Source: Thermoplasmata archaeon (lineage in GTDB: Archaea > Thermoplasmatota > Thermoplasmata > Lutacidiplasmatales > UBA184). Taken from it: a stretch of 64,000 nt of DNA. The stretch lies in the NCBI GenBank assembly GCA_028864975.1, contig JAGWLG010000010.1, positions 17,350-81,349 on the forward strand, read 5' to 3'. Under the pieces are notes generated by a model that was not told the DNA's origin, ran no database searches, and worked only from the letters and a program-made list of their open reading frames with translations. Both the position numbers and the translations under genes were made by a program. Position 1 is the first letter of the stretch. Each line of letters starts with the position of its first letter. Of this stretch, positions 38,192 through 47,407 are shown in pieces.

Positions 38192-41100
38192 GCGTCCTCC
38201 GCGGGGCTCGAGGCGTCCTCGCCCTTGATCTCAGGACCCGCAGCGGGACCCGAGCCCTCCGGCTCCACGGTCGAGGACGGGGAGGGTCGCGTGGGGGCGG
38301 ACGACGCGGCGGGGGCCGTGGACGGTCGGTCCGTGTCCGCCGCCCCATCCGCGTCGTCCCCTGCGGTGGGGAGAGACCCCCCGCGGGCGCCCTGCGTCCT
38401 ATCGGACCCCCTACCGCGCGGGGAGGGCTCCCTTCCCCTCCGGTGGAGCACCATCGCGAGCAGACCCATCGCCAGGATCGCCACGAGCCCGGCGAGGAGG
38501 GCGATCGGCGCCAGGCTCGCGTTGTCGATGCTCACCGTCTGCGAGAAGCTGCGGCTCTCTCCGAGCGAGTTCACTGCCGTGACGGTGACCAGGTGGTGCC
38601 CGTTGGGATACTGCGCGGTGTTGAGGCTCATCGACGCGGTGACCGGCGTGCCGCTCGCCGGGGCGAGCTCCATCGCGACCTGGGGGCCGCCATCGATCTG
38701 GAACCAGGCCGCCTGGAGGCCAGCAGGGTCGCTCAAGGTGACCGTGTAGGTCACGGTGCCGCTGAGGACCGGCACGCCCGGCTCCGCGAAGGCGGCGACC
38801 GTGCCGCTAAGGTCGATCTCGAAGGTGACGCTCGCCACCGCTTCGCGGTTCCCGGCGAGGTCCGTCCCGTAGTAGTAGACCGTGGTCGCCCCGGTGGTGG
38901 TGTACGTCAAGGGCGTCAGGTAAACGTGCCACGGGCCGTTCGCAGAAGCATTGCTGTAGAGGATCGTGTCGACCCCGCTGCCACCGTTGTCCGTCGCCGA
39001 GAGCGAGAGCGCGACCGGCGTTGCGTACCATCCGGAGGCCGTGAGGTTCCCCGAGAGCGAGGCCGCGGTCACCGGCGGGGTCGAGTCGATGCGGACCGTC
39101 TGCGACTCGACGGGCTCGACAAGCCCCGAGCCGCTCACCGAGTAGAACCGCAGGGCGTGCACGCCGTCGCCCGCGACGAGGAGGGCACTCCCCCGCGTCC
39201 AGTTCGAACCGTCCAGGCTCCAGTAGGTGGAAGCGATGCCGCTTGGTCCCCCCTTGGCCGTCAGGGTGACCGGGACGCTGGAGGCCGTGTACCACCCTCC
39301 TTGCACGTTGGAGGTCGTCAACGGGACCACGGCATCGACCTCGATCGTAACCGTCGAGCTCGGTCCTTGGACCCCGGAGTTCGAGACGGCGTAGGCGCTC
39401 AAGAGCGTCGAACCCAGGGCGGAGATCGAGAACGGTCCCGTGTAGATGGTCGGAGCGCCCGAGCCGACCTGGTCGACGATCTCACGCACGCCGCTCGGAC
39501 CGGGGCTCGCCGAGAGCGAGACCGTGACCGGCCCGGTATACCACCCAGAGGTCCCGAGGGGGCCGGTGAGGACGATGGCCACAGACGGGGCGACCGGGTC
39601 CACGATCGTCGAGGCCTCTGACCCGGGGAACGTCCCGCGGTTGCCCGCGAGGTCCTGCCCCACGGCCGCGAACTCGTACGTACCGGCCCCGGGGGCGCTG
39701 AACGTGAACGGGCTGGCCGTGATGAGGGTGGTCGACGCGAGCGACCAGGTGGTCCCCGAGCTGTTGGACCAGTAGATCCAGACCCCGGCGACGCCGCTCC
39801 CTCCAGGGTCGCTCGCGGACCACGGGACGGGGAAGGACATCGCGGTCTCGAACGCGGGCAATGGCAGGACCGTGGCGCGCGGCGGCTGGGTGTCGACCAT
39901 GAAGCGCTCCGAGCTCGACCAGCCCGCCGTACCGCCGGAGGCCGAGACGGCCTCGACACGCCAGTACCAGTTCCCGTCCGTCAGGACCACGCCGAGCGAG
40001 GTGCCCGCGAGGCCGCCGTAGGTCTGGGTCCCGGGGCCGAAGGTCGCGCTGGAGGAGACCTGCGCCGTGTAGGACGCGTTCGCGTTCGCCACCGGAGACC
40101 AGACGAGGGTCGCCCCGCTCGAGTTGACGAAGCTTCCCGTGAGCGGGGAAACCGGGGTCGGGACCGCGAGGGCCCAGACGTTGAAGGGGACGCTCGGGGC
40201 CACGTTGGGAGGGATCGCCTGGTCATAGGCCCCGAGCTGCTGCACGCCGGGGGTCGAGGGCACGGTGAAGGCGACCGCTCCCCAGCCCTGCGCGTTCGTG
40301 CCGACGGTGGTCCCGAACAGCGGCAGGCCGTTCCACGAGAGGGTGACCGCGTTGGAGGCCGCGAAGCCCGCGAGCAGGACCGACACCGAGTTCCCCTCGT
40401 AGGTCGAGGTCGTCGTCGGGAAGATCTTCGGGGTCTCCGTGAACGCGACGGAGTTGGGGACGTTCCCGAGGCTGTCGTACCCGCTGATCGCGTGCGCTCC
40501 GGCGGGCGCCGCCGGGACCGTGAAGGCGATGACCACCGTGCCCAGCACGTTCGTCATCTGTTGGATGCCGGTGGGTCCACCGTCCCAGGTGACCTGGACG
40601 TAGGAGAGGGCGCCCATGCCCTGGTAGGTGAGCGTGTCCACCGACAGGAACGGACCGCTGGTGGCCGACTCGGAGAGCGAGGGCTCGACCGTGAAGTTCG
40701 CGAGCGCGCTGTGGGCGGCGCTGTCGTTCGCCCAGACCGGGTAGGGGCCGGCCGCGCGCGTGGGGACCGTGAACGTGGTGGCGAAGACCCCCGTCGCGTT
40801 GGCACTCGCCGTGGCGAGCGCGGTGGCGATCCCCTTCCAGAAGATCGAGACGGTGGCGCTAGGACCAAAGTTGAACCCCAGCGCGGTAACGGTCGAGTTG
40901 ACCACGCCGGCGTTGGGCACGAGGAGGAGCACCGGGCCCACGAGGAAGAAAGCCGGGGCCACCACCCCGTTGGCGTCGAGCGCGACCACGGGGTGGACAC
41001 CGCGGTATGCCCCGACCGGGACCGTCCACGTGCCGAAGGCGGCCGGGAGGACCGCGCCCGTCGCGTTCGAAGTGATCCCGGCCCCGAACCCGAAGATGGT

Positions 41101-42735
41101 CCGCTGCGTCGCGAGACCGTAGTCCCAGAGGAGGGCGACCCCGGCGTTCGCGCTCAGCCCTTCCGCGTAGGTGATCAGGACCGTGCTCCCCGCGGCTCCG
41201 GCGAAGGGGCGCAGGGTGAGCGAGGCCTCGATGGTGAAGGTGGCTCCGGCGGAGGGACCCGTCGCCGGGGTGAAGGTCACGGTGTGGCCCCCGTTCCACG
41301 CCGGGGGGGCGCCGTTGGAGAAGGAGAACCCGCCCCGGGTGTTGGTGGCCCCGGTGGCGAGGGTGTGCTGGTCCCCGAGCCCGAAATCCCAGTAGACCGT
41401 GATCGCCGAGGAGCCCGCGAAGCCGGTCCCCACCCCCGAGAAGGCCGTTCCCACCGGGCCGCTCGCCGGGGCGAGGAGGACCTGGGGGACGATCTGGAAG
41501 TTGTCGGTGGCACCGTGGCCGGCGACGTCGAGGCCCTCGACGGTGTGCGAGCCCGCCGTGTCCGCGGGGATCGTGACCCCGACCACGAAGCTCCCGGCGG
41601 GGTCCGTGGTCCCGCTCGCCAGGAGCGCCCGGTTCGGTCCCGTGGGGGACCAGATCACCTGGTAGGAGGTCAAGGGCGAGAACCCGTCGCCCGCTACGGT
41701 CGCGGTGCTGCCCACGAACCCCGAGCCCGGCGAGATCGACACCGACGCGGCGAGCGCGAAGGGGGCGGAGGCGGTGTCACCGGCATCGTCCGTCATCTGG
41801 ACGATGTAGATGCCGGCCGGGTCCGCGGGGACGTTGAACCCGCAGTTGATCCCGCCGTTGCCGCTCAGGCCCGAGCCCGTGCAGCTGTCGCCGGGTAGAC
41901 CTCCGGCCCCGTTCCACGTGAGCGAGACGATGTTCCCGCCGTTGTCATAGCCCGTTCCGACGACGGTGATCCCCTGGCCGACGTTCCCGGTCGCAGGGAA
42001 CAGCTGGAGGTCGGTCACGGTGATGAAGGTCGCGGTCGCGGTGTAGCCGTTGTTGTCGCGCAGGGTGACGAAGTGGTTCCCCGCCACGCTCGAGGGGACC
42101 GTGAACGAGCAGGTGACGTTCCCCTGGGCGTCGATCCCGGCACCGTTGCAGCTGCTGCCCCCAAGGGGGCCGCCCGACCCGTCCCAGGAGATCCGGTTGA
42201 TGGTCCCGCCGGTGCTCCAGCCGGTCCCCGTGACGCTGACCACGGTGTTCACCGGGCCCGAGGAGGGGCTCATTGCGAACGTGGGGCTGACCGTGAAGGA
42301 CGCGGTCGCGGTGTTTACCCCCTGGACCACGGCGACGTTGGCCGTTCCCGCGTTGCCCCACCACAGGTCGATCGTGACGTCGAGGTTGCCCCCGGCGGAG
42401 GTCGTGCAGCTCCCTGCGAGCGCTCCGGGGCCTCCCGCCTGGCAGAAGAGGAGGATCTGGCCCCCGGCGAACGTGATGGTGCCAGTGACGGCGGCGGTCG
42501 CGCCCCATCCCCCGCCGGTGATGCGCAGCGGGGTCCCCACGGTGGCCGTGGTCGGGTTCACGGAGATAGAGGCCGCCGGTAGCGCGTGTGCGCCGGGAAC
42601 CAACATCATGAGCATCAGCCCCACGACCAGGAAGGCGACGCGAACGGTCGGGCGACGGAGCCGCGGGGCGAGGGCCCCCACAGGCGAGTTCGGCGCAACC
42701 CCGGCGGCCCTGCACTCAGCTACCTCTGCTTGCAT
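38188..42735 (-). CDS. Large multi-Ig/IPT-repeat surface protein with C-terminal TM anchor
   Basis: Signal peptide, about 8 repeats of P.SG.VG..VTV.G.GF...F.VP....G.H.V, FN3/Ig-like modules (GSGV...D.AGN.E), TM LAPIALLAGLVAILAMGLLAMVL. AAGGAGG RBS. Confidence 0.88.
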   Translation of the reverse strand: MQAEVAECRAAGVAPNSPVGALAPRLRRPTVRVAFLVVGLMLMMLVPGAHALPAASISVNPTTATVGTPLRITGGGWGATAAVTGTITFAGGQILLFCQAGGPGALAGSCTTSAGGNLDVTIDLWWGNAGTANVAVVQGVNTATASFTVSPTFAMSPSSGPVNTVVSVTGTGWSTGGTINRISWDGSGGPLGGSSCNGAGIDAQGNVTCSFTVPSSVAGNHFVTLRDNNGYTATATFITVTDLQLFPATGNVGQGITVVGTGYDNGGNIVSLTWNGAGGLPGDSCTGSGLSGNGGINCGFNVPADPAGIYIVQMTDDAGDTASAPFALAASVSISPGSGFVGSTATVAGDGFSPLTSYQVIWSPTGPNRALLASGTTDPAGSFVVGVTIPADTAGSHTVEGLDVAGHGATDNFQIVPQVLLAPASGPVGTAFSGVGTGFAGSSAITVYWDFGLGDQHTLATGATNTRGGFSFSNGAPPAWNGGHTVTFTPATGPSAGATFTIEASLTLRPFAGAAGSTVLITYAEGLSANAGVALLWDYGLATQRTIFGFGAGITSNATGAVLPAAFGTWTVPVGAYRGVHPVVALDANGVVAPAFFLVGPVLLLVPNAGVVNSTVTALGFNFGPSATVSIFWKGIATALATASANATGVFATTFTVPTRAAGPYPVWANDSAAHSALANFTVEPSLSESATSGPFLSVDTLTYQGMGALSYVQVTWDGGPTGIQQMTNVLGTVVIAFTVPAAPAGAHAISGYDSLGNVPNSVAFTETPKIFPTTTSTYEGNSVSVLLAGFAASNAVTLSWNGLPLFGTTVGTNAQGWGAVAFTVPSTPGVQQLGAYDQAIPPNVAPSVPFNVWALAVPTPVSPLTGSFVNSSGATLVWSPVANANASYTAQVSSSATFGPGTQTYGGLAGTSLGVVLTDGNWYWRVEAVSASGGTAGWSSSERFMVDTQPPRATVLPLPAFETAMSFPVPWSASDPGGSGVAGVWIYWSNSSGTTWSLASTTLITASPFTFSAPGAGTYEFAAVGQDLAGNRGTFPGSEASTIVDPVAPSVAIVLTGPLGTSGWYTGPVTVSLSASPGPSGVREIVDQVGSGAPTIYTGPFSISALGSTLLSAYAVSNSGVQGPSSTVTIEVDAVVPLTTSNVQGGWYTASSVPVTLTAKGGPSGIASTYWSLDGSNWTRGSALLVAGDGVHALRFYSVSGSGLVEPVESQTVRIDSTPPVTAASLSGNLTASGWYATPVALSLSATDNGGSGVDTILYSNASANGPWHVYLTPLTYTTTGATTVYYYGTDLAGNREAVASVTFEIDLSGTVAAFAEPGVPVLSGTVTYTVTLSDPAGLQAAWFQIDGGPQVAMELAPASGTPVTASMSLNTAQYPNGHHLVTVTAVNSLGESRSFSQTVSIDNASLAPIALLAGLVAILAMGLLAMVLHRRGREPSPRGRGSDRTQGARGGSLPTAGDDADGAADTDRPSTAPAASSAPTRPSPSSTVEPEGSGPAAGPEIKGEDASSPAEDA

Positions 42736-42967
42736 GCGATGTCCTCCTTCGGATGGCGAAGGAGCATGATCCGGGACCCCGGGGCTCCCGAGGGGAAGGA
42801 CGCCCCGCCAGCGTCACGGCTGCGAGGGGCGGGTCGCGGGGCCGGTGGAGGGAAGGCGCTCCGTCCGACGGTCCTCCCCAAGACCCGCTCAAGATGCCGC
42901 GTTGGACCCTCGGCGGGCCTCGGACGTACCATCGAACGACCACTACCCTGTCCGGAGGAGACATCCT

Positions 42968-42987
42968 TTTTGGCGCAAGGCCCGAAC
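42968..42987 (-). promoter_or_regulatory. Conserved motif copy A (GTTCGG-N8-CCAAAA)
   Basis: Plus-strand TTTTGGCGCAAGGCCCGAAC, near-identical to the copies at 44277 and 45232. Confidence 0.65.
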
Positions 42988-43080
42988 CGCGGCACCGACG
43001 CGCGTTCCGTCGATCCCGAGGGCAGACGGCCGACGCGGAGGGCGACACCCTCCGAGACCGTCCGCGCGAGGGGCCACGCA

Positions 43081-44235
43081 TCAGGTCGAGCATCGCGGGC
43101 AGGAGAGCACCCTCACTCCGGTGAGCGCCGAGGGGATCAGGGAGCTTCCACATCGTCGGCAAGCGGGAAAGGCGGGTCGAGCGCCGCCCCTTCCCATCTT
43201 CACCGAGGAGGACGCGAGCGCGTCCTTCGACGGCGTGGCCCGCGCTCGGACCGCGACCGTACCCAGGACGACCGCGAGCAGCGCGGCGGCCGCGATCGTC
43301 CCCAGGACCGGGGGCGAGAGGACCCAAGCCGGCACCAGCGCCCTCGGGAAGTGTAGGGTGCTAAGGGCCACCGTGGGATCGTAGGAGAGCGAAGCATAAC
43401 CGCCAGGGGCTCCGACGAAGAGCAGGTCGACGGACGAACTCTGGTCGTCGCTCGAGCCCTGGACGGAGCTCACGACGGAGACGGAAGCGCCAGCGCCGCC
43501 AGGGTAGCTGACCGAGGCCGTCGGTCCCCAGGTCAGACTAGCGATCGGCGAGCCCGAGCCGCCCCCCGACTCCTCGACGTCCTCCCCCGAGCTTCCGGAG
43601 GTGAGGTTCGTCGCTTGGGCCGCGCGGGCACCGAGCACCAATCCCAGGCTGTCCGAGGGATCCTGCCACGGCCAGCCCGAGGCCTGGACGTCGAACTTCA
43701 CCCTCCAGTCGGAGCTGCCGCCGCTGTTCGAGAGATGGAAGGTCAAGGCGACGTCGATCGGGGTGGAGTTCCCGTAGACGTAGTCGAGAGGCTCCGAGGT
43801 GTTCCAGGTCCCCGTCGCGGGAGAGGCGCTCGGCGTGCCCGTGAGCTGCACAAGGACTCCTGAGGAGGTGGTCGACCAGGAGAGGTTCCAGCCGGGATCA
43901 CCGTCTCCCAAGGGGGCGTACGCCACAACCTCCCCTGACGGCGCGACCTCGGCGAGACCCACAGCAGAGGCGCTGAAGTTCACCCGGCCATCCTGCACAG
44001 AAGAGACCCAGAACGTGGGGGTCTCTCCGGCGAACTGGAGCCGGACCTCTCCGTTCGTCCAGGTGAAAGGTGCAGGGTGCGGGTCCTCCGACGGCGCGCC
44101 CGGCGTGTCGGCACGGGCGGAGGAGGCCCCCAGGGTGAGGAGCAGGAGGGCGGCTACGAAGGTCGCGAGGAGGGTGGGGAGAGCTCGGCCCCGGAAGGCG
44201 GCGGTCCGGCGAGAGAGGAAGGTCGAGTCGTTCAC
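43081..44235 (-). CDS. Secreted beta-sandwich protein with C-terminal TM and cytoplasmic CxxC-CxxC
   Basis: Signal peptide ending ARA, VKFDVQASGWPW and YDP motifs, TM, then CRRC...CPRC. GTG start chosen 41 nt after motif B. Confidence 0.75.
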   Translation of the reverse strand: MNDSTFLSRRTAAFRGRALPTLLATFVAALLLLTLGASSARADTPGAPSEDPHPAPFTWTNGEVRLQFAGETPTFWVSSVQDGRVNFSASAVGLAEVAPSGEVVAYAPLGDGDPGWNLSWSTTSSGVLVQLTGTPSASPATGTWNTSEPLDYVYGNSTPIDVALTFHLSNSGGSSDWRVKFDVQASGWPWQDPSDSLGLVLGARAAQATNLTSGSSGEDVEESGGGSGSPIASLTWGPTASVSYPGGAGASVSVVSSVQGSSDDQSSSVDLLFVGAPGGYASLSYDPTVALSTLHFPRALVPAWVLSPPVLGTIAAAALLAVVLGTVAVRARATPSKDALASSSVKMGRGGARPAFPACRRCGSSLIPSALTGVRVLSCPRCST

Positions 44236-44276
44236 GGTCGTTCCTGACCGGTCTAGTTCGGCCAGATGGTCAAGCG

Positions 44277-44308
44277 TTTTGGCGCAGGGTCCGAACTGGC
44301 TGGTGCAA
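44277..44308 (-). promoter_or_regulatory. Conserved motif copy B (TTGCACCA-N4-GTTCGG-N4-TGCGCCAAAA)
   Basis: 27/32 identical to copy C when both are read in gene-sense orientation. Confidence 0.7.
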
Positions 44309-44350
44309 GCTCTGGAGGGGGACGGCTCCCGGACACCGACCGCCATGGGT

Positions 44351-44875
44351 TCATTCCCTCAGGAGGCCGACGAAGGCCTCCAGGAACCGGTCCACGAGGC
44401 GATCATCGAAGCTCTCGCGGTAGGACCGGAGGAGCCCCTGCACACGGGCGGGGGAGGTCGGGCGGTAGCGGCGCGACTCGCCCTCCAGGTAGCTCTCGAC
44501 GACCCCTCGCTCGATCATGTGGCGGAGATGGAAGGAGACCGTGGACCGGCTGAGCCCCACCCGGGAGGGGAGCTCCGCGAACGTGAGCCCCGGGGATGCG
44601 AGCATCTCGACGAGCAGCACGCGTTCGGCTGGGCTGCGGAGGAAGAGGAGGATCTTTCGGTCCTCCCACGTCATCTCCTGGGGGAAGTAGCGGTCGCGTC
44701 CGCCCGCCCGCTCGCGGCGTAGCGCGCCGCCGCGCGTGAGCTGGTCCAAGTGGTACGCGGTCTGCCCCCAGCCCAGATGGAGCGCTCGTTGCAGCTCTCG
44801 CGCGCTGATCCCGGGGTTCGCGCGCACCGCTTCGAAGATGCGGCGACGGGTGCCTTGCTGGAGGAGCTCATCCAT
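44351..44875 (-). CDS. Tandem (double) winged-HTH transcriptional regulator
   Basis: Two ArsR-like repeats: RRRIFEAVRANPGISAREL...YHLDQL and LLVEMLASPGLTFAEL...STVSFHLRHM. Confidence 0.88.
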   Translation of the reverse strand: MDELLQQGTRRRIFEAVRANPGISARELQRALHLGWGQTAYHLDQLTRGGALRRERAGGRDRYFPQEMTWEDRKILLFLRSPAERVLLVEMLASPGLTFAELPSRVGLSRSTVSFHLRHMIERGVVESYLEGESRRYRPTSPARVQGLLRSYRESFDDRLVDRFLEAFVGLLRE

Positions 44876-45167
44876 GCCCGGGGACCGTGGCGGTGGGCCT
44901 CCGTCGGACCACGGAGAGGTAAAGCAGGCCCGCGGCCGCCACGAGGATCATGAGCGGGAGCGAGGCGACCTGAAGACGCGCGCCGTAGAGGGGCGAGACC
45001 TCACCCACCAACGCGGCCACCCCGACCGCAGCGAGGAGGGTGAACGAGCCGGCAATGAAGTAGAGCCGCCGCTCCTCGTACCGTTTCGCCGCGAGGACGG
45101 CGATGAGGGCGAGAGTTCCCGCGAGACCCGCCAGAAGGACCGCCAAGAAGACCGAGATGAGGTCCAC
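44868..45167 (-). CDS. Small three-TM membrane protein coupled to the wHTH regulator
   Basis: Three hydrophobic helices with an AKRYEERRL loop. Its stop overlaps the HTH start. Confidence 0.72.
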   Translation of the reverse strand: MDLISVFLAVLLAGLAGTLALIAVLAAKRYEERRLYFIAGSFTLLAAVGVAALVGEVSPLYGARLQVASLPLMILVAAAGLLYLSVVRRRPTATVPGHG

Positions 45168-45219
45168 GGCGTCTGCACGGACCTGTTGGCTATGAGGGCT
45201 CGGTGTGGGCGGCTGGGGG

Positions 45220-45251
45220 TTGCACCACACCGTTCGGAGCCTGCACCAAAA
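45220..45251 (+). promoter_or_regulatory. Conserved motif copy C (TTGCACCA-N4-GTTCGG-N4-TGCACCAAAA)
   Basis: Lies in the divergent intergenic region, 45 nt before the ATG at 45297. Confidence 0.7.
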
Positions 45252-45296
45252 GCCTAGTCCCCTTCGTGGCGCCTCGAGGGTCCAGAGGTCGACAAC

Positions 45297-45545
45297 ATGG
45301 GCGCACTACCCTTGGTGCTGCTGGCCGTGATCGGGGCGACCGCCCTGGTCGCGCCGGCCGTCGTGCACCTCCCGGCGTTTTCCCATCCGGCCTCCGGTAG
45401 CGGAGCTTCCGGGTGTCCATCGGACACCCAGCCGAGCCCGGGGGACGGATCGGACGGACCCGGAGAGAACGAGAGCGAGATGGAGTACGAGAACGAGTCG
45501 AGCGACGATGGCTCCGATGGCGGCTCGGGCTCCTGCGGCTCGTGA
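45297..45545 (+). CDS. Small secreted/anchored acidic low-complexity protein
   Basis: Hydrophobic N-terminus and a D/E/S/G-rich body (ENESEMEYENESSDD) bracketed by two Cys. GAGGT RBS. Confidence 0.6.
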   Translation: MGALPLVLLAVIGATALVAPAVVHLPAFSHPASGSGASGCPSDTQPSPGDGSDGPGENESEMEYENESSDDGSDGGSGSCGS

Positions 45546-45550
45546 GCACG

Positions 45551-47407
45551 ATGAGCGGACCTAGCGGTCAACGGCACCGTCCGCCGACCGGAAGCAGGGA
45601 CCCCCGCGCCTCGAGGGCGGGCGGGGTCCCTGAACCCTTTCCCACCCCCGCGCGAGGACTCGCGAAGGCGAAGGAGGCGGGTCGCGGGAACTTCGCTTCG
45701 TCCCTGCCGCACCCACCGATCGCGCTCCTCCCCGGCTCCTTGCCGCGGCCCACATCGCCCGTTCCCTCGCCCATCCGAGGGCCGCGCCCTCGCCATCACA
45801 CTGCGTCTGGCCTTCGTGTTCCCATCCTGTTCCTTTCCGCGTGCCTGGTCTCGATGGTCCCGGGGTCGGTCGCCCATCCGACGATCGCCGGTGCCGCGAG
45901 CTGGACCCAGTTCCATGGCGACGCCGCGCTCACCGGCACGACGACGACCGGCGCCCCCGGTGGGACGACGCTCTACAGTGTCGACCTGACGCGCGACCTC
46001 GGGGCCGGCGTCGCGGACCCGCTCGGGAACGACTTCCCCTACCAAGCCTCCCCCGTCACGGACGGCACCAGCGTGTACGTCGCGCTCAACAACGCCGTGG
46101 TGTCCGTTTCCGCTGCCAGCGGGAGCTTCGAGTGGCTGCGCGGGATGCCGGGCGGCAGCGGCAATGGTCCGGTCGTCGGGACCCCGCTGCTCGACAACGG
46201 GATGCTCTATCTCGACCAGGATGGCGGCCCAAACGAGCTCGCCGCCCTCTACCCGGGGAACGGCACGATCGCCTGGACCCTCACGTCGCCGAGCGGAGGC
46301 AACCCCTCCGCTTCCTCCGTCGTCGAGGAAGGGGGTATGCTCGTCCTGGCGGACACCTCGGGTGGGTTCTTCTGGCACCCTCCCTCTTCCACCGGCCTCT
46401 GGGGGGCTCCGGCGGTCCCCGGAGTGGCCGAGTATTTCGCGACGCCGAGCTTCACGGTCGTGAACGGGCAGGGTGCGGCGTGGGTACTGCCGGACCGTGG
46501 GAACCGTTCCCTCGACGCCTGGAGCCTGAGCGGGGTGCCCCTTCCAGGGTTCCCGGTCGCGACGGGACAGTCCCTGGACCGGCTCTTCTCGTCAGCGGCC
46601 CTCGTGAACCTGACCGCGCCGAGCGGTGCGGTCTCCACATGGGCCATCTTCGGAGGGGAGGGTGGGACAGGCGCCGCGAGCCACCTCTACGCGGTCGACG
46701 TTTCGTCGCCCCAGGGCGTGCTGGCGCTCACGGTTCCCGCCCTCGGGAGCGGCGACGCGGGGGTCCGTTCGACCCCGGCGGTCGTCGCTTCCGGCGCCAC
46801 TGCTTCGATCTACTTCGGGAGCCGTGCGGGGACCGTCTCCTCGGTCGAGCTCGATCCTTTCGCCGCCACGCCGCGGGCCCAATGGACCTGGGTCTGGAAC
46901 GCGTCGACCGGCGGGCCCGTCGAGGCCTCTCCCGTCGTCGTTGGAGGCGAGGTGATCGCCCCGTCCGAGGACGGCAACGTCTACGGGCTCGCGCTCGGAA
47001 CGGGCGTCCAGCTCTGGAGGGTGGGGACCGGCGCGCCGATCTACGCGAGCCCGGCCCTCGCCGGCGGGGTCGCCTGGGTCGTGAACGCCAACGGCCTGCT
47101 CACCGCGATCGGCGGTGTGGGCCCCTCGTCTCCCCCCGGTGGCTCCCCGGGGCCTTCCCCGACCTCGGACAACTCGCTTGCCTCGATGGCCCCCTGGCTG
47201 ATCGCGGCGGTCGCGGTGGCCGCTCTCGCGCTGTTCCTGATCGTGGGCTACGTACGGCGTCGCCGCCGGCCGCACGTCGGCGCTTCCGCCTCCTCAGGGA
47301 GCCCTTCCCCCGCGATGCCCCCCGCTCCCCCGCCTCCTCCACCTCCACCCCCTCCGGCTCAGAGAGCAACCACTAAGGTCGCGGCCGCCTGGACGGGAGG
47401 ACGTTGA
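45551..47407 (+). CDS. PQQ-like (BamB-type) beta-propeller surface protein with C-terminal TM
   Basis: WTQFHGD, repeated ASP.V...VY...G..W blades, TM followed by RRRRR and a poly-Pro tail. Start uncertain. Confidence 0.85.
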   Translation: MSGPSGQRHRPPTGSRDPRASRAGGVPEPFPTPARGLAKAKEAGRGNFASSLPHPPIALLPGSLPRPTSPVPSPIRGPRPRHHTASGLRVPILFLSACLVSMVPGSVAHPTIAGAASWTQFHGDAALTGTTTTGAPGGTTLYSVDLTRDLGAGVADPLGNDFPYQASPVTDGTSVYVALNNAVVSVSAASGSFEWLRGMPGGSGNGPVVGTPLLDNGMLYLDQDGGPNELAALYPGNGTIAWTLTSPSGGNPSASSVVEEGGMLVLADTSGGFFWHPPSSTGLWGAPAVPGVAEYFATPSFTVVNGQGAAWVLPDRGNRSLDAWSLSGVPLPGFPVATGQSLDRLFSSAALVNLTAPSGAVSTWAIFGGEGGTGAASHLYAVDVSSPQGVLALTVPALGSGDAGVRSTPAVVASGATASIYFGSRAGTVSSVELDPFAATPRAQWTWVWNASTGGPVEASPVVVGGEVIAPSEDGNVYGLALGTGVQLWRVGTGAPIYASPALAGGVAWVVNANGLLTAIGGVGPSSPPGGSPGPSPTSDNSLASMAPWLIAAVAVAALALFLIVGYVRRRRRPHVGASASSGSPSPAMPPAPPPPPPPPPPAQRATTKVAAAWTGGR

